This document shows positions 1 through 11,120 of a stretch of DNA of 64,000 bases, piece after piece. The notes below the pieces were generated by a model. The model ran no database searches. It worked only from the letters and a program-made list of their open reading frames with translations, and was not told where the DNA came from. Source of the DNA: Nannocystis pusilla (GTDB lineage: Bacteria > Myxococcota_A > Polyangia > Nannocystales > Nannocystaceae); assembly GCF_051105105.1 (NCBI RefSeq), contig NZ_CP185339.1; one strand, 5' to 3'. Positions within the stretch are counted from its first letter, which is position 1. Every line of letters starts with the position of its first letter. The position numbers and the translations under genes are program-made.

Positions 1-1085
1 GAGGTGTAGAGGCTCACGATCGCCAGGGCCGCCAGGATCAGCAAGAAGGCCGTCACCGGGTTGGTGGTGCGCTGCAAGGCGGTCAGGATCGGCACCGTGG
101 CCACCGCGCCGAGGCTGCCGAACAGCAACATGCAGGTGCGCCGGCCGATCCGGTCCGACAGCGCGCCGAAAGCCGGCTGCAGGCACATGTAGACGAACAG
201 CGCGCCGGTCATCACGTAGCTGGCGGTCCGGATCGGCAGGTGGACCGTGTTGACCAGGTACTTCTGCATGTACGTGGTGAACGTGTAGAAGAACAGCGAG
301 CCGCCGGCGGTGTAGCCGAGCACGGTCAGGAACGCGGCGCGGTGGTGGCGGAGCAGGCCGGTCACGCTGCCGGCCTCGGCGTCGGCCTTGGCCGCGGCGC
401 TCTGGGTCTCGTGCAGGGTGCGGCGGAGCAGCAGGGCGACCACCGCCGCGACCGCGCCGAGGACGAAGGGGATCCGCCAGCCCCAGGCCTTGAGCTCGGC
501 CTCGCTCAGCAGGTGCTCGAGCACCACCAGCGTGAGCACCGCGAGCAGCTGGCCGCCGATCAGCGTGACGTACTGGAACGAGGAGAAGAAGCCGCGCCGG
601 CCCTGGAGCGCGACCTCGCTCATGTACGTGGCGGTGGTGCCGTACTCGCCGCCGACCGAGAGGCCCTGGAACAGCCGGCACACCAGCAGCAAGAACGGCG
701 CCCACATGCCGATCTGCGCGTACGTGGGCAGGCAGGCGATCACCAGCGAGCCGGCGCACATCATCATGACCGACAGCAGCATCGAGGTCTTGCGACCGAG
801 GCGGTCGGCGATCCGCCCGAACAGCCAGCCGCCGATCGGCCGCATCAAGAAGCCGGCCGCGAACACGCCGGCGGTGTTGAGGAGCTGGGCGGTCGGATCC
901 GACTGGGGAAAGAACGCCGGCGCGAAGTACAGCGCCGCGAAGGCGTACACGTAGAAGTCGAACCACTCGACCAGGTTGCCGGACGACGCCGCCATGATGG
1001 CGAAGATGCGGTGGCGTCGCTCCGCGGCGACGTCCTGCGGCGGCGGTGAGGCGGGGCCTCCGGAGGTCGACGTGACTGCGTTCAT
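1..1085 (-). CDS. MFS transporter, metabolite:H+ symporter (MHS) family, KgtP/ProP-like. The N-terminus is in the window and the C-terminus runs off the left edge.
   Basis: The reverse-strand translation starts [10 protein letters not shown]...[38 protein letters not shown]...[18 protein letters not shown], which are classic MHS-family motifs. It is not in the ORF track because it is truncated by the window edge. Confidence 0.8.
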   Translation of the reverse strand, partial: MNAVTSTSGGPASPPPQDVAAERRHRIFAIMAASSGNLVEWFDFYVYAFAALYFAPAFFPQSDPTAQLLNTAGVFAAGFLMRPIGGWLFGRIADRLGRKTSMLLSVMMMCAGSLVIACLPTYAQIGMWAPFLLLVCRLFQGLSVGGEYGTTATYMSEVALQGRRGFFSSFQYVTLIGGQLLAVLTLVVLEHLLSEAELKAWGWRIPFVLGAVAAVVALLLRRTLHETQSAAAKADAEAGSVTGLLRHHRAAFLTVLGYTAGGSLFFYTFTTYMQKYLVNTVHLPIRTASYVMTGALFVYMCLQPAFGALSDRIGRRTCMLLFGSLGAVATVPILTALQRTTNPVTAFLLILAALAIVSLYT

Positions 1086-1342
1086 GGTGCTCGGGGCGCG
1101 CGACGCTGCGGCCGCTCAGGGTGCCACAGACGACGGGCGCGCGAACCATAGACGGGTCACGTCACAATGCACGTCGCGGGCAGCGCCGCCTTCGGCGAGC
1201 TCGACCGAGGCGCTGCGAGTCGTCGCCCCATCACGCACAAGGGCCGGGCTCGCGGTTGGCGAGAGCTGTCGGCGCCGCGCACCCGCGTCCGCGCGCAAGG
1301 CCGTCCGCTCGTCACCGGGCGGCCCGCGCCGCGGCGACCGAC

Positions 1343-2350
1343 TCAGATCGACGCGTCGATCTTGGTCCAGAACAGGGTGTCCGGGTAGGTCGACATGCTC
1401 GTGGTGCTCGAGCAGAGCGGCAGGGCCTGGCCGCCGCACACGACCTGCGGCGCCGTGAAGGTGGCGTTGCGCGGCGTGTTGATGCAGCGGACCCCGGACT
1501 TGGACCACACCGCCTCGGTCGGATCTTCCGCGCGCAGGAAGGTGTTGATCTGGTACTTGTCCTTGACCTGCAGGTGCGTGCCGGTCTGCGTGTACGAGGT
1601 GCCGTCGAAGCAGTAGTCGGCGCGGACCATGCGGGTGGCCACCTCGAACTCGTCGATCGGCCGCTCCCACGGCTTGTAGCCCCACTGCACCGCCTTGCCG
1701 AGCGCGCCCGAGGTACACGCGAGGTAGAGCGTGTTGCTGCGCTTGCCCATCCGCCCGGTGACCTCGTTCACGGTGAGGTCCTTGATCGGCACCATCGTGT
1801 GGACGCCGTCGTTGTCGGCGTCGCACACCGGGACGACGTTGCCCAGCTCGTCGACGGTCTCGAAGGTGTAGTGGGCCTCCCGCGGCGAGATCTGCTGGAA
1901 CGAGGCGATCCGGAGCTCGACGTCCACCTCGGGCTCGTCGTCCGCGTCGTGGTCGCCGTCGCCGTCGGTGTCGGCGTTGAAGAGCGTGAGCTCCCATACC
2001 GAGCCGACCAGGTCGGCGCCCTTGTAGATCGTGGTGCCGACCTTGGCCTCGAGCGTCCCATCCTTGACCGCGCCGCTGGTGACGTTCACCCAGACGTTGC
2101 CCGGGCGCAGCAGCTTGGCGCCCGTGAATTGCGCCCCCTTGTGGACCACGCCCGAGAGGTCGAGCTCGGAGAAGGGGGTCGAGCCGATCGAGCTGGTGTT
2201 CAGCCACACGCCGCCCGCGGGCCCGCTGCCCGGGCGCAGCGCGACCTCGCCGAGGTCCTCATCGGCGGCGTCGTACTGGTCCATATCGTCACAGGCAGTG
2301 ACACAGGCGACGCTCAGGATCACGAAGGGAACAAGGTTGCGGATGTTCAT
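1343..2350 (-). CDS. Hypothetical secreted lipoprotein.
   Basis: A 335-aa ORF with high GC3. The N-terminal signal plus lipobox is MNIRNLVPFVILSVACVTAC. No recognisable catalytic motif. Confidence 0.65.
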   Translation of the reverse strand: MNIRNLVPFVILSVACVTACDDMDQYDAADEDLGEVALRPGSGPAGGVWLNTSSIGSTPFSELDLSGVVHKGAQFTGAKLLRPGNVWVNVTSGAVKDGTLEAKVGTTIYKGADLVGSVWELTLFNADTDGDGDHDADDEPEVDVELRIASFQQISPREAHYTFETVDELGNVVPVCDADNDGVHTMVPIKDLTVNEVTGRMGKRSNTLYLACTSGALGKAVQWGYKPWERPIDEFEVATRMVRADYCFDGTSYTQTGTHLQVKDKYQINTFLRAEDPTEAVWSKSGVRCINTPRNATFTAPQVVCGGQALPLCSSTTSMSTYPDTLFWTKIDASI

Positions 2351-2429
2351 GGCGGCTCTCGGCTCCGGCTCTTGGCCTGTGCATGTGGCGTCCCCGAAGC
2401 TCGGCCAGCGAAAATCGGTGGTCCGAAGA

Positions 2430-2580
2430 CTCTTTTTTTAAAGCTTCTCAAACTGACATTTTTTAGTCGGATTAACTCGAAGTGATACTTTATTTTCAAG
2501 ACTATTTTCGGTTTAGCTACTGAAAATTACGTTAACTAAAATAGCTTATAGCTAGCGCGAGAACGCGCTGAAAAATTACC
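2430..2580. other. AT-rich island of about 30% GC inside the divergent region between the lipoprotein and kinase-1 starts.
   Basis: Contains a T7 run, two copies of ctgaaaa(a)ttac, agcttatagct and gcgcgagaacgcgc dyads. The flanking DNA is over 70% GC. Confidence 0.5.
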
Positions 2581-2682
2581 GCATTGCCCGCCGCCCAATC
2601 GTGGAGGCGAACGACAAGACGTTCCTGGCGAACCTTCGCACGTCCTTTATCCTCGGGACGCGCCCCCCGGCGCCTGCCCTCC

Positions 2683-5600
2683 ATGGCGACGCCGAAGACT
2701 GCACTCGACCAGACCGTCATCGCGCTTCCGGCCACTCAGGTCGCGCCGCCTCAGCCGCCCGGGTCTTCCGACCTCGCCGACCTCGTCGTCACGCAGCGCG
2801 CCGAGCCGCCGGTCCGTGACCAGGCCGCGCGCCCGATCACCGGCCCGATCCCCTCGCTGCTGGCCCACATCGGTCGCTTCACCATCCTCGAGCGGCTCGG
2901 CGAGGGCGCGATGGGCATCGTCTACGCCGCGTACGACGATCGGCTCGATCGCAAGGTCGCCGTCAAGGTCCTGCGCAACGACTCGAACCAGCGCGAGCCG
3001 CAGGCGCGCGAACGCCTGCTGCGCGAGGCCCAGGCCATGGCTCGCGTCTCGCATCCCAACATCGTCGCGGTCCACGAGGTCGGCTACCACGACGGCGAGG
3101 TGTTCATCGCCATGGAGTTCGTGCGCGGGCAGAACCTCGCCACCTGGCTGAAGGCGGCCCGGCCCTGGCGCGCGCGCGCCGAGACGCTGCTGCAGGCCGG
3201 CCGCGGCCTCGCGGTGGCGCACGCCGCCGGCCTGGTCCACCGCGACTTCAAGCCGGCCAACGTGATCGTCGGCAGCGACGGCGTGGTCAAGGTCCTCGAC
3301 TTCGGCCTCGCCCGCGCGGTCGACCGCGAGGTCGAAGAGGAGCCGCCGCCGGCGCTGCACAGCACCCTGACCAGCTCGCTCGACAACCACCTCACGCACA
3401 CCGGGGCGGTCGTGGGAACCCCCGCGTACATGGCCCCCGAGCAGCTCCTCGGCCAGCCGGCGACCGAGAAGAGCGACCAGTTCAGCTTCTGCGTCAGCCT
3501 CTACGAGGCGCTCTACGACGTCTCGCCGTTCGACACCAGCAGCCTCCTGGCGCTCACCGACGCCGTGACGCGCGGGGCCATCCGCCAGCCCCCGGCGGGC
3601 AGCCACGTCCCCGCCGCGCTGCTGCAGATCGTCACCCGCGGCCTCGCGGTCGATCCGAGGCGCCGGTTCCCGTCGATGCCCGCCTTGCTGGCGGCGCTCG
3701 AGCGCGCGCTCGAGCGCCGCCGCATCCCCTGGATCGCGACCCTCGGCCTCGCCGGTCTGCTCACCGCCGTTGGCGTCGGCGCGGCCGCGTACTACCCCGC
3801 CGGAGACGCCTGCGAGGGCGCCGACGACGAGCTCGCCGGGCTGTGGGACGGGCCCGCGGCCGCGGCCGCGCGCGCGGGCCTGCTGGCCACCGGCGTGCCG
3901 TACGCCGAGGACACCTGGACGCGCGTGAAGGCCCGCCTCGACGCCTACGCCGGCGAGCTCGTCGGCATGCGCGTCGACGCCTGTCGCGCCCACCAGCAGG
4001 GCCGCGCCTCGACGCACCTGTTCGACCTGCGGACCGCGTGCCTCGACCAGCGGCACAAGAGCCTCGCGGCGTTCGTGGCGATCTTGCAGCGCGCCGACGC
4101 CGAGGTCGTCGGCAACGCCGGCGCCGCGGCGGCCAACCTGCCGGCGCTCGTCGGCTGCGACGACACTCGCGCCCTGACCGAGGCCGTCCCGCCGCCCGAC
4201 GATCCCGCCAGCGCCGCGCGCGTCGCCGGCTTGCGCGGCGTGCTGGCCGAGGCCCAGGCGCACGAGCTCGCGGGTCAGTTCAACCAGGGCCTCGCGCTGG
4301 TCGATGGCATCGAGCTCGGCGACCTCGCCTATCCGCCGCTGGTCGCCGAGATCGGCCTGCGCCGCGGCAGCCTGCTCAGCGAGGCCGGGCGCCACACCGA
4401 GGCCCTCGACCTGCTCACCGGGGCCCTGCAGACCGCGCTCGCCAGCGGCCACGACGTCGTCGCCGCCGCGCTCGCCACCCGCCGCGACTTCGTCCGCGCC
4501 GCCCGCCTGCAGCAGAGCCGCGAGGTCCTGAGCGACGCGCCGCTGATCGACGGCCTCGTCGCCCGCGTCGAGACGACCCGCGAGGGCCGCGAGCTGCGCG
4601 GCGACCACCTCAACAACATCGGCATCGCCTACGCGGTGCTCGGCCAGATCCAGCGCGCGAGCGAGTACTTCGTCGCCTCGATCGACGCGCGTCGGGCCGT
4701 CCTCGGCGAGGACCACCCCCAGGTCGTCTACGCGCTCGGCAACCTCGGCCTGGCGCTGGTCGGCAGCGACAACGCCCTCGAGGGCGTCCGCCAGCTGCGC
4801 GCGGCCTTCACCGCCGCCGAGTCGAGCCTCGGGCCCAAGCACCCGCACGTCGCCTTGCTGGCGATCAACCTCGGCATCGGCTTCACCGGGCTGCACCGCT
4901 TCCGCGAGGCCGCCGGCTACTTCCAGCGCGCCCTGACCCTGCAGAGCGAGCTGCTCGGGCCCGACGCCGCCGACCTGCACTGGGTGCTGTCGAACATCGG
5001 CGATCTGGCGGTGGACCAGCGCCGCTGCGACGACGCAGACGCCAGCTATCGGCGCGCCCTGCAGGTGCTGGGGGCGAGCGAGACCTCGCTCGACCCCGCG
5101 GCCTTCATGCCGGTGCTCGGCCTCGGCAAGGCCGCCACCTGCCGGGGCGACCTCGCCGCCGCCGAGCGCCACTTCCGGCAGGCGCATGTGCTCGCCGAGC
5201 AGAGCTTCGGCGCCGACGCGCTGCGCAGCGCCGACGTTGACGACCAGCACGGGGACATGCTGCTGCGCGCCGGCGACCCCGAGGCCGCGCTGGCGCGGTA
5301 CCAGCGCGCCCTCGAGATCCGCAAGGCCCGCATGCGGCCCGACATCCCGCTGCTGGGCGACTCGCTGCGCCGGATCGCCGAGGCCCACCGCGTCGCCGGG
5401 CGCCTCGAGGAGGCGGCGAGCTGGCTGCAACAGGCCCAGAGCCTGCGCGAGCGCGACCCGAAGGTCGAGAGCAGCGAGGCCGCGCTGATCCGCCTCCGCC
5501 TCGGCGACCTCGCCCTCGCGCGCAATGACCCCAGGACGGCCGTCGGCCACTACGAGCGCGCCATCGCCATCTACTCCGCGGTGAGCGACAGCGACATCCT

Positions 5601-5778
5601 CGAGCTCGCGCTGGCCCGCTTCGGCCTCGCCCGCGCCCGCGCCGCCGTGTCCGGCGTCCTCGCCCCGGAGGGCCGCGCCCTGGTCGACCAGGCCCTGCTC
5701 ACCCTGGAGAGCCTCGGCCCCGCCTACCTGCCCGAGCAGGCCACCGTGCGCGTCTGGCTGGCCGGGCACCCGAAGTAG
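2683..5778 (+). CDS. Ser/Thr protein kinase with a transmembrane segment and a C-terminal TPR-repeat domain.
   Basis: Hanks kinase motifs: GEGAMGIVY, VAVKVL, HRDFKPANV, DFGLAR, GTPAYMAPE. The C-terminal 600 aa are TPR-like. The start was chosen at MATPKTALD (ATG 2683) rather than the ORF-track start 2584. Confidence 0.9.
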   Translation: MATPKTALDQTVIALPATQVAPPQPPGSSDLADLVVTQRAEPPVRDQAARPITGPIPSLLAHIGRFTILERLGEGAMGIVYAAYDDRLDRKVAVKVLRNDSNQREPQARERLLREAQAMARVSHPNIVAVHEVGYHDGEVFIAMEFVRGQNLATWLKAARPWRARAETLLQAGRGLAVAHAAGLVHRDFKPANVIVGSDGVVKVLDFGLARAVDREVEEEPPPALHSTLTSSLDNHLTHTGAVVGTPAYMAPEQLLGQPATEKSDQFSFCVSLYEALYDVSPFDTSSLLALTDAVTRGAIRQPPAGSHVPAALLQIVTRGLAVDPRRRFPSMPALLAALERALERRRIPWIATLGLAGLLTAVGVGAAAYYPAGDACEGADDELAGLWDGPAAAAARAGLLATGVPYAEDTWTRVKARLDAYAGELVGMRVDACRAHQQGRASTHLFDLRTACLDQRHKSLAAFVAILQRADAEVVGNAGAAAANLPALVGCDDTRALTEAVPPPDDPASAARVAGLRGVLAEAQAHELAGQFNQGLALVDGIELGDLAYPPLVAEIGLRRGSLLSEAGRHTEALDLLTGALQTALASGHDVVAAALATRRDFVRAARLQQSREVLSDAPLIDGLVARVETTREGRELRGDHLNNIGIAYAVLGQIQRASEYFVASIDARRAVLGEDHPQVVYALGNLGLALVGSDNALEGVRQLRAAFTAAESSLGPKHPHVALLAINLGIGFTGLHRFREAAGYFQRALTLQSELLGPDAADLHWVLSNIGDLAVDQRRCDDADASYRRALQVLGASETSLDPAAFMPVLGLGKAATCRGDLAAAERHFRQAHVLAEQSFGADALRSADVDDQHGDMLLRAGDPEAALARYQRALEIRKARMRPDIPLLGDSLRRIAEAHRVAGRLEEAASWLQQAQSLRERDPKVESSEAALIRLRLGDLALARNDPRTAVGHYERAIAIYSAVSDSDILELALARFGLARARAAVSGVLAPEGRALVDQALLTLESLGPAYLPEQATVRVWLAGHPK

Positions 5779-8038
5779 CAAGCGAAGGGCATGTCGCTTC
5801 GGACATGCCCTTGGTCACATGTTTGAAGGGACATGCCCTCGAGAGCATGTCCCGAAGCGCCGGCGGACTCCGCGTGCGCCGCGTCCCCGGCGCGCCTCGC
5901 CCCGGCGCCGGGGACGTTGGCGAGCGCGGCCGGTCGCTCAGCCGGGCTGGATTCGAGCAGTAGCCGGCGATGCAGGTGCCTTCGCCCTCGCAGCAGGCCG
6001 CGTCGACCTCGCACGAGTCGCCGATGTGCGAGCAGGTGTCGGGCTTGTCGGAGCACACGGCAGGGTCGCCGTAGCAGAAGCCGTCGCAGCAGTCGAAGCC
6101 GGCGTTACAGCCCTCGCCGAGCTGCTTGCACGGCGACAGCGCCCACTCGCCGCGCATGTTCGAGTTGTTCAGCTCCTGGCCGGGCAGCCAGAAGGCCGGG
6201 TGGCTCGGGTCGGTGCCGGGGGTGATGTTGCCGTCGATGGCGGTCACCCACAGCTGCTTGCGCCGGGTGTTGGGGTTCATGTCGGTGAGCGTGTTGCCGT
6301 ACTTGCGCTCGGAGCCGATGATGAGCCACGAGTAGCCGCCGACCGACACGGGCAGGAAGGTCGGCTCGTAGGTGGTCTGGTCCTGGCCGGGCTCGACGAT
6401 GCCGAAGCCGTTGGCCTTGTCGAGGCGCACCACCGCGGAGCCGTCGAGGGAGGTCAGCCAGACCTCGGTGACCGCGGCACGGGTGCGGGCCTGGTTGAGG
6501 CGGTTGAACGCGATCCACTGCGAGTCGGGCGAGAAGGTCGGGAACGTCGTGGTCGTGAGCCCCGGGATCTTGTCGACGATCTGGTGGGCGTTGGCGAACG
6601 AGTTGGTCATCAGGTCGATGTCGACCAGCCACAGCTCGCTGTTGTTGAAGTCGAGCCAGTTGCCGTCGGTCTTGCGCGCGAACGCCACCTTGGTCCCGTC
6701 GCTCGACCACACCGGGTGCTGCGGCTTGCCGCCGGGCACGGTGAGCTGCGCGAGCACGGTGGAGCTGTCGAAGGTGGTCAGCTTGAGCGCGCCGCTCTCG
6801 TCGGACTGGCCCCACACCACGTGCGAGCCGTTGGGCGCGATCGCCTGGAAGCCGGAGGCGATGTCGGGGAAGTACAGGACGTTGCCGGAGGCGGCGTCGA
6901 TGGTGCTCCACGGGCTGTAGCCGCCGTGGAAGCTGGCGGCGATCCGCGAGCCGTCCTTCGACACGCTGTGACAGGCGACGCACGTGACGCCCGGCGGCTT
7001 CTGGATGAACTGCTCGGGCGCGGTGGCGCCGATGTTGAGGCGCACGACGTTGCCGTTGTTGACCTCCCAGTAATAGACGGTGCCGGTCAGGTTGGCCGGG
7101 GCGATCGTCCACGTCTGGGTCTTGGCGAGGTAGGCTTTCTGCCCGTCGAAGCGGGCGATGTCGACCTTGACGTTGCCCTCGGTCGAGGCGGTCAGCTTGA
7201 GCCAGATGTCGGTCGGCAGCTTCGGGAAGTCGAAGCGCGACGGCGGCGGCACGTTGTGCCAGCCCTTGTACTCGAAGAACTCGCTGTAGGCGTGGATGTA
7301 ATAGAGGTCGCTCGCGCCGCCGCCGTCCCACTGAATGGTGGGACCGATGAGGCCGCGCGGGAACACGGTCTTGTCGTACGGGTAGAGCAGGACCATCGAC
7401 GGGTCGGGGTCGACCGCCATCGGGAACAGGTCCTTGGTCTCCGGCGGGACCGGGTTCGGCTCGGCGTTGAACAGCAGCTTGACGGTGGCGGTGGTGGTGG
7501 CCGCGGGCAGCTCGCCGGCGCCCTCGAAGGTGACGGTGCCGACGCCGCCGGCGAAGCCGGTCGCGGTGAAGGTGCCCGAGAGGTCGCCGATGCCGGCGAG
7601 GTCGAGCTTGTCGTACGACCAGGTGCCGGTGACGGGGACCTTGATGCCCTTGTCGGTGACGCCGACGGCGCTGTACTGGGTGCTCGGCGGGATCACGCCG
7701 TCGACGACGGTGATGATCGCGTCGAGCGGATCGATCTCGATCGACACGACCATGCCCGGGTCGTCGCCCGTGGTCGCGGTGGTCGCCGGATCGACCGTGG
7801 TGCCGTTCGTGGTGCCCGTGACCGGTCCATCGGTCGGGTCGCCCATCGTGCCGCTGCCGCTCGGATCGGTGCTCGTCGGCGTCGCGGTGTCGGTGGAGTC
7901 GCTGCCGCTGCCGGTGTTTCCGGTGCTGAGCGAGGTGGAGGCGGAGATGACGGAGCTGTCGCTTTCGGCCGGACGATCGGGGTTGCCGCAGGCGAGCAGG
8001 CCGGCGGCCGAGAGGAGCGCCACAAAGTTCCAACGCAT
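5699..8038 (-). CDS. Secreted lipoprotein with a Ser/Thr/Gly-rich linker, a TolB/WD40-like beta-propeller region and a C-terminal Cys-rich module.
   Basis: Signal plus lipobox MRWNFVALLSAAGLLAC. The propeller-like segment includes VWSSDGTKVAFARKTDGNW...ELWLVDIDL. The C-terminal module is CKQLGEGCNAGFDCCDGFCYGDPAVCS...CIAGYCSNP. The last approximately 80 aa are Arg-rich, run through the hairpins and overlap the kinase 3' end by 80 bp. This is likely read-through past the true stop. Confidence 0.75.
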   Translation of the reverse strand: MRWNFVALLSAAGLLACGNPDRPAESDSSVISASTSLSTGNTGSGSDSTDTATPTSTDPSGSGTMGDPTDGPVTGTTNGTTVDPATTATTGDDPGMVVSIEIDPLDAIITVVDGVIPPSTQYSAVGVTDKGIKVPVTGTWSYDKLDLAGIGDLSGTFTATGFAGGVGTVTFEGAGELPAATTTATVKLLFNAEPNPVPPETKDLFPMAVDPDPSMVLLYPYDKTVFPRGLIGPTIQWDGGGASDLYYIHAYSEFFEYKGWHNVPPPSRFDFPKLPTDIWLKLTASTEGNVKVDIARFDGQKAYLAKTQTWTIAPANLTGTVYYWEVNNGNVVRLNIGATAPEQFIQKPPGVTCVACHSVSKDGSRIAASFHGGYSPWSTIDAASGNVLYFPDIASGFQAIAPNGSHVVWGQSDESGALKLTTFDSSTVLAQLTVPGGKPQHPVWSSDGTKVAFARKTDGNWLDFNNSELWLVDIDLMTNSFANAHQIVDKIPGLTTTTFPTFSPDSQWIAFNRLNQARTRAAVTEVWLTSLDGSAVVRLDKANGFGIVEPGQDQTTYEPTFLPVSVGGYSWLIIGSERKYGNTLTDMNPNTRRKQLWVTAIDGNITPGTDPSHPAFWLPGQELNNSNMRGEWALSPCKQLGEGCNAGFDCCDGFCYGDPAVCSDKPDTCSHIGDSCEVDAACCEGEGTCIAGYCSNPARLSDRPRSPTSPAPGRGAPGTRRTRSPPALRDMLSRACPFKHVTKGMSEATCPSLATSGARPARRARWPARAGRRGRGSPG
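5787..5853. repeat. Pair of GC-clamped CATG-core hairpins between convergent genes: GGGCATGTC-n6-GACATGCCC (5787-5810) and GGGACATG-n10-CATGTCCC (5828-5853).
   Basis: Perfect inverted repeats read directly from the sequence. A member of the dispersed palindrome family described in the findings. Confidence 0.7.
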
Positions 8039-8125
8039 GCCGCGATTACAGCGAAGATCGCCGGCCGCGGCTACACGGAGATCCCCGGTGCGACGCGAGC
8101 CCACGCAAGGCCCCGGGGCCGGCGC

Positions 8126-8145
8126 CGTCTGCAGGCGCGCAGACG
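8126..8145 (-). terminator. GC hairpin CGTCTGC-aggcgc-GCAGACG immediately 3' of the desaturase stop.
   Basis: A 7-bp perfect stem 5 nt downstream of the stop on the minus strand. No U-tract, as is usual in high-GC genomes. Confidence 0.35.
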
Positions 8146-8150
8146 GCTGC

Positions 8151-9023
8151 TCAGGACTTCAGCGGCTCGCGCGGGGCGACGATGTCGCGCGCGAGGCCGA
8201 CGAGCGCGAGGCCGCGGATCATGAGGTAGGTGACATCGAGCTCGAACCACCGCCGGCCGTGGGCCGCGGCGCGCTGGTGGGCGTGGTGGTTGTTGTGCCA
8301 GCCCTCGCCGAAGGTCAAGAGGGCCACCCACCAATTGTTGCGCGAGTCGTCGCGGGTCTCGTAGTTGCGGTAGCCCCACCGGTGCGCGGCGGAGTTGACG
8401 AGCCAGGTCGCGTGATACGTGAAGACCAGGCGCACCGGGATGCCCCACACGACCCAGCTCCAGCCCTGGCCGAGCCACGCCTCGCCGACGACGTAGAGCA
8501 GGACGGCCAGGACGAACTGCGGGACGTAGTGCCAGCGGTCGAACCACCGCATCACCGGGTCGCGCAGGAGGTCGCGGGCGAACGCGCGCTCGGCGTCCTC
8601 GTCGGCGCGCATGAAGACCCACAACATGTGGGCCCACAACAGGCCGTGCCGCGGCGAGTGCGGGTCGTGCTCCTGGTCGGACCAGCGGTGGTGCAGGCGA
8701 TGCTTGCCGACCCACAGCACCGGGCTGCCCTGCCAGCTCAAGGTGCCGAGCAGGACGATGACGTACGTCAAAAACCGCGGGACCGCGAAGCTGCGGTGAC
8801 ACAGCAGGCGGTGATACCCGAGGCAGATGCCGACGCCGCCGGCGAGCCACCAGAGCGCGGCGGCGACGCCGAGGCCGCTCCACGAGAAGGTGAACGGGGC
8901 CGCGATGCAGACCAGGTGCATCAGCCCGGCGCCGATCACGTGACTCCACATGAGTCCGCCGACTGCGGGCGAGCTGGTGGCCGGCGGAGGGACGAGTTCT
9001 TCGACTTCGACTGCCGTGGACAA
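8151..9023 (-). CDS. Acyl-CoA delta-9 desaturase family fatty-acid desaturase (integral membrane).
   Basis: Three histidine boxes: HRLLCHRSF, HRLHHRWSD and HNNHHA. The alternative start MWSHVIG is at 8951. Confidence 0.9.
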   Translation of the reverse strand: MSTAVEVEELVPPPATSSPAVGGLMWSHVIGAGLMHLVCIAAPFTFSWSGLGVAAALWWLAGGVGICLGYHRLLCHRSFAVPRFLTYVIVLLGTLSWQGSPVLWVGKHRLHHRWSDQEHDPHSPRHGLLWAHMLWVFMRADEDAERAFARDLLRDPVMRWFDRWHYVPQFVLAVLLYVVGEAWLGQGWSWVVWGIPVRLVFTYHATWLVNSAAHRWGYRNYETRDDSRNNWWVALLTFGEGWHNNHHAHQRAAAHGRRWFELDVTYLMIRGLALVGLARDIVAPREPLKS

Positions 9024-9210
9024 AGCCTCCGCAAGCTACCAGCGGCGAGCGCACGTCCAGAGCGGGGGCCCCCGCCGGTCGCGCGCGCCGACGCACGTCG
9101 GGTCCCCCGCCCGGGCCCCGAGGTCCGGGCTCGCCGGCGATGAGAGACCTCCGCCGGGTCCGCCGCCGCTCGGGCCAGGTGGGCCGCGCCGGCGGGTTAT
9201 TCTGCCGTCC

Positions 9211-10413
<1,203 letters not shown>

Positions 10414-10420
10414 GCGGGCG

Positions 10421-11062
10421 ATGGACGAAGCGAAGCAGCGGGCGGCCCGGGCGGCGCTGGAGCACGTAGCCGAAGCGACGGTGATCGGCGTGGGCACCGG
10501 CTCGACCGTGGCCCACTTCATCGACGCGCTCGACCCGGGGCGCATCGCCGGCGCGGTGGCCAGCTCGGAGCAGACGGCGGCGCGCCTGCGGGCCCGCGGG
10601 ATCGCGGTGCTCGACCTCAACACCACCGGGCCGCTGCCGCTCTACGTCGACGGCGCCGACGCCTGCGACCCGCAGCGCCGCCTGGTCAAGGGGGGCGGGG
10701 CGGCGCTGACGCGCGAGAAGATCGTGGCGGCGGCGGCGGAGAAGTTCGTGTGCATCATCGACCCGGGCAAGCGGGTGCCGCGGCTCGGCGGCTCGCCGCT
10801 GCCGGTCGAGGTCATCCCGATGGCGCGCGAGCTGGTGAGCCGCACGATCGCGGCGATGACCGGCGGCACGCCCGTGTGGCGCGAGGGGGTGGTCACCGAC
10901 AACGGCGGCTGGATCGTCGACGTCCACGGCCTCGTGATCGACGAGCCCGAGGCGCTCGAGGCGGCGCTGAACCAGATCGCCGGGGTCGTCAGCGTCGGCC
11001 TGTTCGCCCGCCGCCCGGCCGACCTCGTGATCGTCGGCGACGACCCGCCGTGGTCGTGGTGA
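10421..11062 (+). CDS. rpiA: Ribose-5-phosphate isomerase A.
   Basis: Motifs GVGTGST, YVDGADA and [13 protein letters not shown] over a 213-aa length. Starts 8 nt after the upstream stop. Confidence 0.9.
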   Translation: MDEAKQRAARAALEHVAEATVIGVGTGSTVAHFIDALDPGRIAGAVASSEQTAARLRARGIAVLDLNTTGPLPLYVDGADACDPQRRLVKGGGAALTREKIVAAAAEKFVCIIDPGKRVPRLGGSPLPVEVIPMARELVSRTIAAMTGGTPVWREGVVTDNGGWIVDVHGLVIDEPEALEAALNQIAGVVSVGLFARRPADLVIVGDDPPWSW

Positions 11063-11071
11063 TGCCCGAAC

Positions 11072-11109
11072 GGACATGCTCCCGAGGACATGACCGATGC
11101 GGCATGTCC
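11072..11109. repeat. GGACATG x2 plus the hairpin GGACATG-n10-CATGTCC between convergent rpiA and lipoprotein stops.
   Basis: Read directly from the sequence. Same palindrome family. Confidence 0.65.
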
Positions 11110-11120
11110 CGAGGGGCGCG

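Noticed and set aside
2647-5781. 1044-aa minus-strand ORF antisense to kinase-1.
   Set aside because: Arg/Ala/Gly-rich and low-complexity. An antisense artefact of high GC, since the opposite strand encodes a textbook kinase. Other giant ORFs were rejected for the same reason: 5819-8224+, 8071-10626-, 11097-15485+ except its last 218 codons, 30960-35789+, 41775-43982+, 47884-50241+ and 61127-63394+.
5787-5810. Resemblance of GGGCATGTCC to the eukaryotic p53 response element RRRCATGYYY.
   Set aside because: Coincidental. No p53-family proteins exist in bacteria. Treated instead as a genome-specific palindrome family.
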